In this document: positions 56,875 to 64,000 of the stretch, piece after piece
Position numbering within the stretch: the stretch's first letter is position 1
How the letters are laid out: each line of letters begins with the position of its first letter
From: Thermoanaerobaculia bacterium
GTDB lineage: Bacteria; Acidobacteriota; Thermoanaerobaculia; Multivoradales; UBA5704
Reading direction: 5' to 3'
Length of the DNA stretch: 64,000 bases
Assembly: GCA_044226625.1 (NCBI GenBank)
Contig: JBGAGQ010000006.1
Location: forward strand, 1 to 64,000
Translations under genes and position numbers: made by a program
The notes under the pieces: model-generated
Database searches by the model: none
Told to the model about the DNA's origin: nothing
What the model saw: the letters and a program-made list of their open reading frames with translations, nothing else

Positions 56875-57739
56875 CCTGCGCTCGTTAATCTTCGGTGGCG
56901 CCGGCATGCTGGGGCATGCCCTCCGCGTGGAGCTTCGTCGCCGCGGTTGGGCGACGCTCGCGCTGCCTCGCGGTCAGGCGGACATTCGCGACGCCGCCGC
57001 GATCGAGCACTGGATCGCCTCGTTCCAGCCGGAAGTCGTCTTCAACTGCGCCGCCCATACCCAGGTCGACCGCTGCGAGGACGAGCGCGAGCTCGCTTTC
57101 GAGATCAACGGGCTCGCTGTCGGACGGATCGCCGAGGTGGCCGAGCGACACCGTGTCCGCCTCGTCCACGTTTCGACCGATTACGTCTTCGACGGCAAGG
57201 CGAAGCACCCCTACCCGGAAGACGCCTCGGTCGCCCCCCAATCGGTCTACGGCGAGAGCAAGCTCGAGGGCGAGCGGCGGGCGCTCCATCACGAGGACGC
57301 CCTCGTGGTCCGCGCGAGCTGGCTGTTCGGGCCCCACGGTCCGAATTTCGCGAAGACGATGGTCGGTCTGATGGAGAAGGGAAACCGCCAGCTCCGTGTG
57401 GTCGACGACCAGACGGGAGCCCCGACCTATACGCCGTTCCTCGCCCGCGCGCTCGCCGATCTCGCGTCGCGCCGGGCCACCGGTCTTTTTCACTATCGCA
57501 ACCGGGCGAACGCCACCTGGTTCGAGTTCACGCGCGAGATCGCGCGCAACTGGGACGAAAAGGTAGACGTGATTCCGGTCACCACCGATCAATTCCCCCG
57601 TCCGGCCCGACGGCCGGTCTACTCGGTGCTCGACGTCTCGAAGTTCGAGGCGTTCGCCGGCCGCCGCGTCGAGCCCTGGTCGTGGGGGTTGATCGAATAC
57701 CTCGAACGCTTGCGCAACGTCGGGCTGGCCGAGGCCTGA
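56861..57739 (+). CDS. rmlD: dTDP-4-dehydrorhamnose reductase
   Basis: G.AGMLG, NCAAHTQVD..E, STDYVFDG, YGESK, VVDDQ.G.PTY. Confidence 0.93.
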   Translation: MGSPDLRSLIFGGAGMLGHALRVELRRRGWATLALPRGQADIRDAAAIEHWIASFQPEVVFNCAAHTQVDRCEDERELAFEINGLAVGRIAEVAERHRVRLVHVSTDYVFDGKAKHPYPEDASVAPQSVYGESKLEGERRALHHEDALVVRASWLFGPHGPNFAKTMVGLMEKGNRQLRVVDDQTGAPTYTPFLARALADLASRRATGLFHYRNRANATWFEFTREIARNWDEKVDVIPVTTDQFPRPARRPVYSVLDVSKFEAFAGRRVEPWSWGLIEYLERLRNVGLAEA

Positions 57740-57804
57740 GCGCCCCGGATCGCGACAAGCCGTACAATCGCCCGCCGAGATCCACGAAGGAGACACGTCC
57801 GCTC

Positions 57805-58797
57805 ATGAAAGCTCTGATCACCGGAATCACCGGATTCGCCGGCTCACATCTCGCCGACTACCTGCTCGCCGAGCACCCCGACGTCGAGGTCTTCGGCATC
57901 TATCGTTGGCGCAGCAAGATGGACAACATCGAGCACCTCAAGGACGGCCAGGTCACCCTGATCGAGGCCGACCTGCGCGACTACACCTCGATGCGCCGCG
58001 CGGTCGAGAAAGCGCAGCCGGACTACATCTTCCACCTGGCGGCGCAGAGCTTCGTGCCCTCCTCGTGGATCGCGCCGAACGACACGTTCTCGATCAACGC
58101 CCAGGGGCAGATCAACCTGTTCGAGGCGGTGCGCGAGCTGAAGCTCGACCCGGCGATCCAGCTCGCCTGCTCGTCGGAGCAGTACGGCCTGGTCCACAAG
58201 GAAGAGACGCCGATCAAGGAGACCAACCCGCTCCGGCCGCTCTCGCCGTACGCCGTCTCCAAGGTGGCGCAGGACTACCTCGGCTATCAGTACTTCCAGT
58301 CCTATGGCATCCGCGCCATCCGGACCCGCGGCTTCAACCACACCGGTCCGCGCCGTGGCCACGTCTTCGTCACCTCGAACTTCTGCCGTCAGGTGGCGGC
58401 GATCGAAGCGGGACGCCAGGAGCCGGTGATCCGGGTCGGCAACCTCGACGCGATCCGCGACTTCACCGACGTGCGCGACATGGTGCGCGCCTACTGGCTC
58501 GCGGTCACGAAGGCGAAACCGGGCGAGGTCTACAACATCGCGACCGGCAACGGCATCCACATCCGCGACATGCTGCAGATGATCCTCGACCGCTCGAAGG
58601 TCAAGGTGAACATCGAGGTCGACCCGGAGCGCCTGCGCCCGTCCGACGTCGAGATCCTGATCGGCGACAGCTCGAAGTTCCGGGCCGACACCGGCTGGGA
58701 GCCGCAGATTCCGTTCGAGAAGACCCTCAACGACCTGCTCGACTACTGGCGCGACCAGTTCGCCCGGAAAGGCCGTCTCTCGGAAGTCGGCGAGTAA
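57805..58797 (+). CDS. GDP-mannose 4,6-dehydratase-family extended SDR
   Basis: ITGITGFAGSHL, HLAAQSFV, SSEQYG, PLSPYAVSK, FNHTGPRR, GNLDAIRDF. Confidence 0.88.
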   Translation: MKALITGITGFAGSHLADYLLAEHPDVEVFGIYRWRSKMDNIEHLKDGQVTLIEADLRDYTSMRRAVEKAQPDYIFHLAAQSFVPSSWIAPNDTFSINAQGQINLFEAVRELKLDPAIQLACSSEQYGLVHKEETPIKETNPLRPLSPYAVSKVAQDYLGYQYFQSYGIRAIRTRGFNHTGPRRGHVFVTSNFCRQVAAIEAGRQEPVIRVGNLDAIRDFTDVRDMVRAYWLAVTKAKPGEVYNIATGNGIHIRDMLQMILDRSKVKVNIEVDPERLRPSDVEILIGDSSKFRADTGWEPQIPFEKTLNDLLDYWRDQFARKGRLSEVGE

Positions 58798-58801
58798 CCG
58801 C

Positions 58802-59704
58802 ATGCGGGTGCTGGTCACCGGAATCGGCGGATTCCTCGGCCATCACCTCGCGGCCCGCTTGATCGCAAGCGGGCACGAGGTGATCGGAACGACCTGGGAA
58901 TCCGCCGTCGAGCTACGCGGCGTCGAGCTTCACGAGGTCGATCTGCTCGACGCGGCGGGGCTATTGAGCCTCGTCCGCCGCGCCGCACCCGACGCAGTCG
59001 TCCACCTCGCCGGCCTGTCGCATGTCGGCGAGTCGTGGAACCGCCCGGCCGACTATTTCCGGGTGAACGTCCTCGGGACGGAGAACGTCCTCGACGCCGC
59101 CGCGTGCCTCACCCGCTGCCGCGTGCTCCTCGCGTCTAGCGCTGAGGTCTACGGTCTGGTTCCGGAAGAGCGCCAGCCGATCGCGGAGTCCGAGCCGGTC
59201 GGTCCCCGCACCCCGTACGCCCTCACCAAAGCGGCCGCCGAGCGCCTCACGGTCCGAGCCGGCGGAGTCGTCGCCCGCTGCTTCAACCTCGTCGGCCCGG
59301 GCCAATCGGACCGCTTCGCCCTCCCCGCCTTCGCCGGCCAGCTCGCGGCGATCGAGAAAGGGGAGCGAGACGCCGTGCTGAAGGTTGGAAGTCTCACCGC
59401 CCGACGCGACTTCGTCCATGTCGAAGACGGCGTGGCGGCCCTCGCCCTCCTCGCCGAGCGCGGCGCGCCCGGCGAGATCTACAACGTCTCGAGCGGTAAA
59501 GCCTTCTCGATCAAAGAAGCCCTCGACCGCCTGATCGCGATCTCGGGGCTGAAGGTCGAGATCCGCGAAGATCCCGAGAGACTGCGGCCGGTGGACATGC
59601 CGCTGCTCGAAGGGTACGCCGGCAAGCTCCACGCGCTGGGTTGGACGCCGAGGAAGGATCTGAATGCGGCGCTGGGCGAGCTGTGGGAGGCGGTCAGCGG
59701 GTAA
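58802..59704 (+). CDS. Rmd-like NDP-sugar reductase/dehydratase
   Basis: VTGIGGFLG, HLAGLSHV, SSAEVYG, PYALTK, RRDFVHV.D. Confidence 0.85.
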   Translation: MRVLVTGIGGFLGHHLAARLIASGHEVIGTTWESAVELRGVELHEVDLLDAAGLLSLVRRAAPDAVVHLAGLSHVGESWNRPADYFRVNVLGTENVLDAAACLTRCRVLLASSAEVYGLVPEERQPIAESEPVGPRTPYALTKAAAERLTVRAGGVVARCFNLVGPGQSDRFALPAFAGQLAAIEKGERDAVLKVGSLTARRDFVHVEDGVAALALLAERGAPGEIYNVSSGKAFSIKEALDRLIAISGLKVEIREDPERLRPVDMPLLEGYAGKLHALGWTPRKDLNAALGELWEAVSG

Positions 59705-59735
59705 ACCTCTTCCGATCACGCCACCGTCATACCGC

Positions 59736-62678
59736 TTATATCCGACGCTTCTTGTTTCGGAGGGCTCCGGGAAGGTTCCTTAGCTCTGATCGTACATGTT
59801 TCGTATCCGGATGGTTCGGGCCAAGGCGGGAATCAAGAATGCGCAGAGCCCTCTCCCAGAATGCTCGAGCCCTGGCGGAATTTCCCTGTTGGTAAAAGAA
59901 TGCACCCAAATTGAAAAGGCTTTTCGCTGTTTTCACATGCTCGGGCCCTAGAACCTTTTCTAAGATCGCGAGCGCTCGCTCGTAGCACGTCCGAGCCCCT
60001 ACCAAGTCCCCAAGCTCCTGAAGAAGACCGCCGAAGTTATTCAGGCTCGCAGCTGTATCCGGGTGTACTGGACCGAGGGCCTTTTCTTGGATCGTAAGCG
60101 CCTTCTCATAACACAACCGAGCCCCTGCCAAGTCCCCCAACCTGCGAAGAAGACCACCAAGGTTACTAAGGCTCTTAGCGGTATCCCGGTGTTCTGGACC
60201 GACTTTTTCTAGGATCGTAAGCGCTCGCTCGAACCTCAACTGAGCCCCCGTCAAGTCTCCCAAACCCTGAAGAAGACTACCGAGATTGTTCAGGATCGTA
60301 GCGGTATCCGGGTGTTCTGGACCGAGAACCCTTTCCTGGATCATAAGCGCCCGCTCGTGGCAGCCCTGAGCTAGCGCCAAGTCCCCCAGTTCGTGAAGAA
60401 GAGCGCCGAGATTATTCAGGCTCGTAGCGGTATCCGGGTGTTCTGAACCGAGAACCTTTTCCCGGATCGCAAGCGCCCGCTCATAGCACAAGCGAGCCCC
60501 AGCCAAGTCCCCCAAATCCTGAAGAAGACCACCGAGATTATTCAGGCTCGTAGCGGTATCCGGGTGTTCTGGACCGAGAACCTTTTCCCGGATCGCAAGC
60601 GCCTGCTCGTGAAAAGGTCTGCTCCCAGCATAGTTCCCTTGATCGACCAAGACAGCGCCAAGATCATTCAGGCTTTGGGCCGTATCCGAACACTCCGATC
60701 CCAGGGCCATTTCTCGGAGTTCCAAAGTTCGCTGGTAAATAGCTTGAGCGGTCTGGAGGTCACCTTGGCTGTGAAAGACCCGACCAAGGACGTTCAAGCT
60801 GCGTGCCGTTCCGGGATCCTCTGGACCAGATACCGCTTCGTGGAGAGCAACAGCTCTTTCCAAGTAAAGCTGCGCCTCAGAATAGTCCCCGGCCTGCCAG
60901 AGGTGAGCTCCCAACTCGTCGCAGAGCAGCGCCGCAGCCCTGTCCTCCCGATCACGGGTCCGGTCTGTCACGACTCGAAGATGAGGCAACCAGCTTCGAA
61001 GGGCTGCCGGATTGGCAATCTCGTTGAGCCGGCCGGCCTCTGAAATCCAGACCTCCTCCACAGCATCCTGGGCCTCGGTTCCATTTCCTACACCGACAGC
61101 CCAGGCGGCAACTAGTCGATGCATTCGGAGGTCTTTGCGCTCGTCCACTTTCAGAAGCCCGAGATCCGTTAGCCGCCTGAGCGCATCCTCTGCATCTAAT
61201 CCCTTCGACATGTCTGCCGAGTTCACGCCCGCCGACCGCAGAAGCAGCGAACGCGGAATCGGCTCACCGGCAGCAAACAATGCCGCCCGAACGAGAAGCT
61301 CGATCGCAAGAGAGTCTGTAGCTGCTATCGGCTCCAACCTCTCGAAACTAAGTGCAAATGTGCGGCCCACATGAGCCGAGTGCCCCGTCGGTAGCGCACC
61401 GGCTCCCCGACCTTGTAAAGACGGATGGTCCAGGAGATTTGGCTGCCGCAGAGAATCTAGATAGGTCAGTGGCTCTCCGTATGGCGAACTTCGATAAGTC
61501 TTGAGAAAACTTCCCGCCAGATGCAGTGCCAGGGGTAGATCCCCAAGCTCCTCCGCAATCGATCCAAGGACCGATTCCCCCTCCAAGACCTCAGGCCGGA
61601 AATGCCCAAGCAGCTCGACGCTTGCGGGACGAGGAAGTGTGGTAAGTGGTACCGTCGTGACGTTCAGTGCAGCATCCCAGTGTGCTTTCCGGCTCGTGAC
61701 TAAGACGCGGGCACCACCGAATGGAGGCCGATGGCGCCGGAGTAGTTCCTCCTCCTCGCAGTTGTCGAAGACGAGGAGCCGCGGGAGCGAGCTCTGCCAG
61801 GCGGTTTCCACAAGGCGCACCTGCTGCTCGCCAGTCAGCGTGTCGAAGCTCGAATGCAACCCGAGTGCATGACCACAGGCCGCGATCTCAGCCTGGACCG
61901 ACCCGGCATCCGCGAAGCTCATCCAGAAGACTCCGCCTGCGAAGAACCTGCCGTATCGATGAACGAATTCGGAGGCGATCTGCGTCTTCCCGATTCCGCC
62001 GAGCCCCGTCGCGGCGGCGATCTCGACCTGGCCGACCGCGGAGGTTCCGCCCGCCTTAAGCTGGCGGGCCAAAGCCTTGAGATCCTCCTCGCGCCCCACG
62101 AAGAGCGGGTTCGGAGCCAGCAGCATGCGCGAGCCGACCGGCAAAGGTCCGGGCAATGGAATCTCATCGATCGGGAGGGCTGCGAGAGTGCTCTCAGCGT
62201 CTTTGGGGTCGGGCTGCGCGGCGGCCGGGCAGGGGAAAGGATGTGCCCCTGGAAACCGAACGACTTCTGGGCGAATTCGGCCGGTGACCAACCCTTTGGC
62301 AATCTCTTCGCGAGCCGCCGCTTCATTCATGCCAACCACGCGGATCTGGATGACGGCCGCCAGCAGCCCTAAATCGTTTGGGGGAATCTCGCGCACCAGA
62401 ATCGGAACGAGCTTTCCTTGGGATCCATCCGGATCCGCCGCGAAGGCAGCGGACCATTCGGCCATTGCGAAGAGAGACTGCAGGTAGTCCGGGGAAAGGA
62501 CCGCGATCGTACGCTTACAACCGATGGCCGCCCGCTGCATCTCGACGACGAAATTGCCTCCAGGCCGGAAATCCCAAGCCTGAATCGTGACCGAATATTT
62601 CGCCCCTTCTAAGGTCTGGGCGATCCACTCGGCCCAAGGGCGATCGGCTTGGGTATAGCTGATGAAGAAGTCGGACAT
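59736..62678 (-). CDS. TIR + NB-ARC (STAND) + TPR protein, NLR-like
   Basis: DFFISY...WAEWIA...WDF.PG..AEW (TIR); Walker A GLGGIGKT; Walker B LLVFDN; LPLAL; about 8 42-aa TPRs (LGPEHPDTATSLNNLG). Confidence 0.93.
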   Translation of the reverse strand: MSDFFISYTQADRPWAEWIAQTLEGAKYSVTIQAWDFRPGGNFVVEMQRAAIGCKRTIAVLSPDYLQSLFAMAEWSAAFAADPDGSQGKLVPILVREIPPNDLGLLAAVIQIRVVGMNEAAAREEIAKGLVTGRIRPEVVRFPGAHPFPCPAAAQPDPKDAESTLAALPIDEIPLPGPLPVGSRMLLAPNPLFVGREEDLKALARQLKAGGTSAVGQVEIAAATGLGGIGKTQIASEFVHRYGRFFAGGVFWMSFADAGSVQAEIAACGHALGLHSSFDTLTGEQQVRLVETAWQSSLPRLLVFDNCEEEELLRRHRPPFGGARVLVTSRKAHWDAALNVTTVPLTTLPRPASVELLGHFRPEVLEGESVLGSIAEELGDLPLALHLAGSFLKTYRSSPYGEPLTYLDSLRQPNLLDHPSLQGRGAGALPTGHSAHVGRTFALSFERLEPIAATDSLAIELLVRAALFAAGEPIPRSLLLRSAGVNSADMSKGLDAEDALRRLTDLGLLKVDERKDLRMHRLVAAWAVGVGNGTEAQDAVEEVWISEAGRLNEIANPAALRSWLPHLRVVTDRTRDREDRAAALLCDELGAHLWQAGDYSEAQLYLERAVALHEAVSGPEDPGTARSLNVLGRVFHSQGDLQTAQAIYQRTLELREMALGSECSDTAQSLNDLGAVLVDQGNYAGSRPFHEQALAIREKVLGPEHPDTATSLNNLGGLLQDLGDLAGARLCYERALAIREKVLGSEHPDTATSLNNLGALLHELGDLALAQGCHERALMIQERVLGPEHPDTATILNNLGSLLQGLGDLTGAQLRFERALTILEKVGPEHRDTAKSLSNLGGLLRRLGDLAGARLCYEKALTIQEKALGPVHPDTAASLNNFGGLLQELGDLVGARTCYERALAILEKVLGPEHVKTAKSLFNLGAFFYQQGNSARARAFWERALRILDSRLGPNHPDTKHVRSELRNLPGALRNKKRRI
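59940..60680 (-). repeat. 126-bp coding tandem repeats (TPR units)
   Basis: gtagcggtatccgggtgttctg recurs at ~60298, ~60424 and ~60550. Confidence 0.8.
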
Positions 62679-62824
62679 CGCCAGGTTGAGAATTCCGAAG
62701 ACGGCGAAATCATACAGCCCTCCTGTAGGCAGAACCGATAGTCATTTCGGATCGCCGACAAACACGAGGGCCTCTTTGGCCTAACTCGATCTCAGCGGCC
62801 ACGTACTTCCGTTAGAGTTGTTGC

Positions 62825-63658
62825 ATGAGCACCTCGAACGTCCCCTCATCGATCCGAAGCTTCCTGGTTCCCACCTTCGTCTTCGCCATTGGAGCTCTCG
62901 CTTCCCAAGGCGGCCTGGCCCAAGCTTTGGACGAGCGGGTCCAGGCGTTCGATCCCAGCGAATGCCCGGCGTCACGCTGCAATCTCTCGGAGGCGAGCTA
63001 TCCGTTCGGGAATTGGACCGTTCGAGTGGTCCAAGCCGAACCGAAGGGCGACATTTCGGACGGCCAGCGCCCGTCCTGCAAGGCGTGGATCGAGCTGCGC
63101 GAGCGCGGCGACCGCGGGGACCGCTTGAAGAAGACGCTGGTCGGAGGCGAGATCAAGGCTTTCAATGCGTCTCCCGGGCTATTCGTCCCGCCGCAGCAAC
63201 TCGTTCCGGGTCTCTTTTTGATCGCGAGGACCGGGGGTTACGAGAACGTCGTGTTCGCGATCCATTCGAACGGCCATCTGGACCGAATCCCGGGGAGGAT
63301 CCGGTTCTACGACGCCGAGCGTCACCTGCTGTTCATCGCGACCCAGTGGACCGACCGACGGGGCCGGGTCACGGTGATCGACGAGGCCGGGCAGAAAATC
63401 GCCTTCGACAGTTTCGAGATCTTCCCTTCGACTTGGTTTCGCCTCGGGCGCGAGCTTTACTTCACGGGAGAGCGGCCCGATGGAACAACCGACGAAGCCG
63501 ATGTGGCCTACCGATTCGACCCCGCGCGTCGCGAATTCGCGCGGCGGACCGTGACGCCCGCCGAATACGCCAAGGCGACCCAGGCGGCCGACGGCTTCTT
63601 CGATCTCCACCCGCTCCGGAGCTGCCACTCGCCGACGGCCGCCGTCCCTGACGCTTAG
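62825..63658 (+). CDS. Secreted hypothetical beta-rich protein
   Basis: Signal-like FLVPTFVFAIGALASQGGLAQA; 277-aa ORF divergent from the TIR gene. Confidence 0.65.
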   Translation: MSTSNVPSSIRSFLVPTFVFAIGALASQGGLAQALDERVQAFDPSECPASRCNLSEASYPFGNWTVRVVQAEPKGDISDGQRPSCKAWIELRERGDRGDRLKKTLVGGEIKAFNASPGLFVPPQQLVPGLFLIARTGGYENVVFAIHSNGHLDRIPGRIRFYDAERHLLFIATQWTDRRGRVTVIDEAGQKIAFDSFEIFPSTWFRLGRELYFTGERPDGTTDEADVAYRFDPARREFARRTVTPAEYAKATQAADGFFDLHPLRSCHSPTAAVPDA

Positions 63659-63726
63659 TAACGTCGCTCGACAGCCGTCCGTCGTACGACACGGATCTCG
63701 TAGCTACGCGCCCGCTAGCGGCTTTA

Positions 63727-63887
63727 CGTCCCGGAATCGGAATTTCCGTCCCAGGATAGGAATTTCTCGTCCCGAAATCCGAACTTTCGTCCCGAATTCC
63801 GAATTTCCGTCCCGGATTCCGAATTTCCGTCCCGGATTCCGAATTTCCGTCCCGGATTCCGTACTTTCGTCCCGAATTCCGAATTGT
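63727..63887. repeat. Intergenic tandem array of 8 ~20-bp units, consensus CGTCCCG(G/A)ATTCCGAATTTC
   Basis: Units start at 63727, 63747 (21 bp), 63768, 63788, 63808, 63828, 63848 and 63868; no spacers. Confidence 0.92.
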
Positions 63888-64000
63888 CGCGCGCGATTTG
63901 CGCTATCGGTCCTCGATCAGCGCTTCCGGCCTGCGATCAAAGCTTGCCGCCGTGGATAGGGGCTCGCGGCCGGCGCCAACGCGTCCGCGCGATCGGAAAG

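Noticed and set aside
63663-63673. 11-bp match to the IS21 terminus (gtcgctcgaca)
   Set aside because: Short, found post hoc, and lacks the subterminal boxes; likely chance.
63727-63887. CRISPR array or plasmid iterons
   Set aside because: Contiguous units without spacers; no cas or rep gene or AT-rich unwinding region within the window.

Overview
GC-rich bacterial window; gene content resembles Acidobacteriota such as Thermoanaerobaculia (inference, not tested). 1-9.3 kb is accessory: a REP-like inverted doublet, a ~27-unit degenerate 21-bp array with a small palindrome in each unit, an addiction-module TA pair with a frameshifted toxin, a HEPN-like gene, a complete IS21-family element without a target duplication, and a ~1.95-kb tandem duplication. 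9.4-19.5 kb is a tightly coupled five-gene operon: a 1754-aa MnxG-like multicopper oxidase, a YVTN beta-propeller, two SCO copper chaperones and a cytochrome c/periplasmic-binding fusion. It is a candidate Mn(II)-oxidation system. Next come a two-component system, a junction joining two 5'-truncated genes head to head (GH8 and GAF-GGDEF), a secreted metallopeptidase, a DUF5916 protein and vapBC. The remainder is mostly core genes: nadE, lspA, a PlsB-like acyltransferase, Rrf2, MacAB-like genes, selD with an in-frame UGA and SECIS-like hairpin, csp, a pseudokinase-TonB fusion, mltG, ruvX, thiolase, lptD and rml/gmd-like genes. The window ends with a TIR-NB-ARC-TPR gene and an 8-unit 20-bp array. 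No rRNA, tRNA or CRISPR was seen. Homopolymer indels suggest some frameshifts and junctions may be long-read or assembly artefacts. All family calls come from motif recognition by eye; no searches were run.
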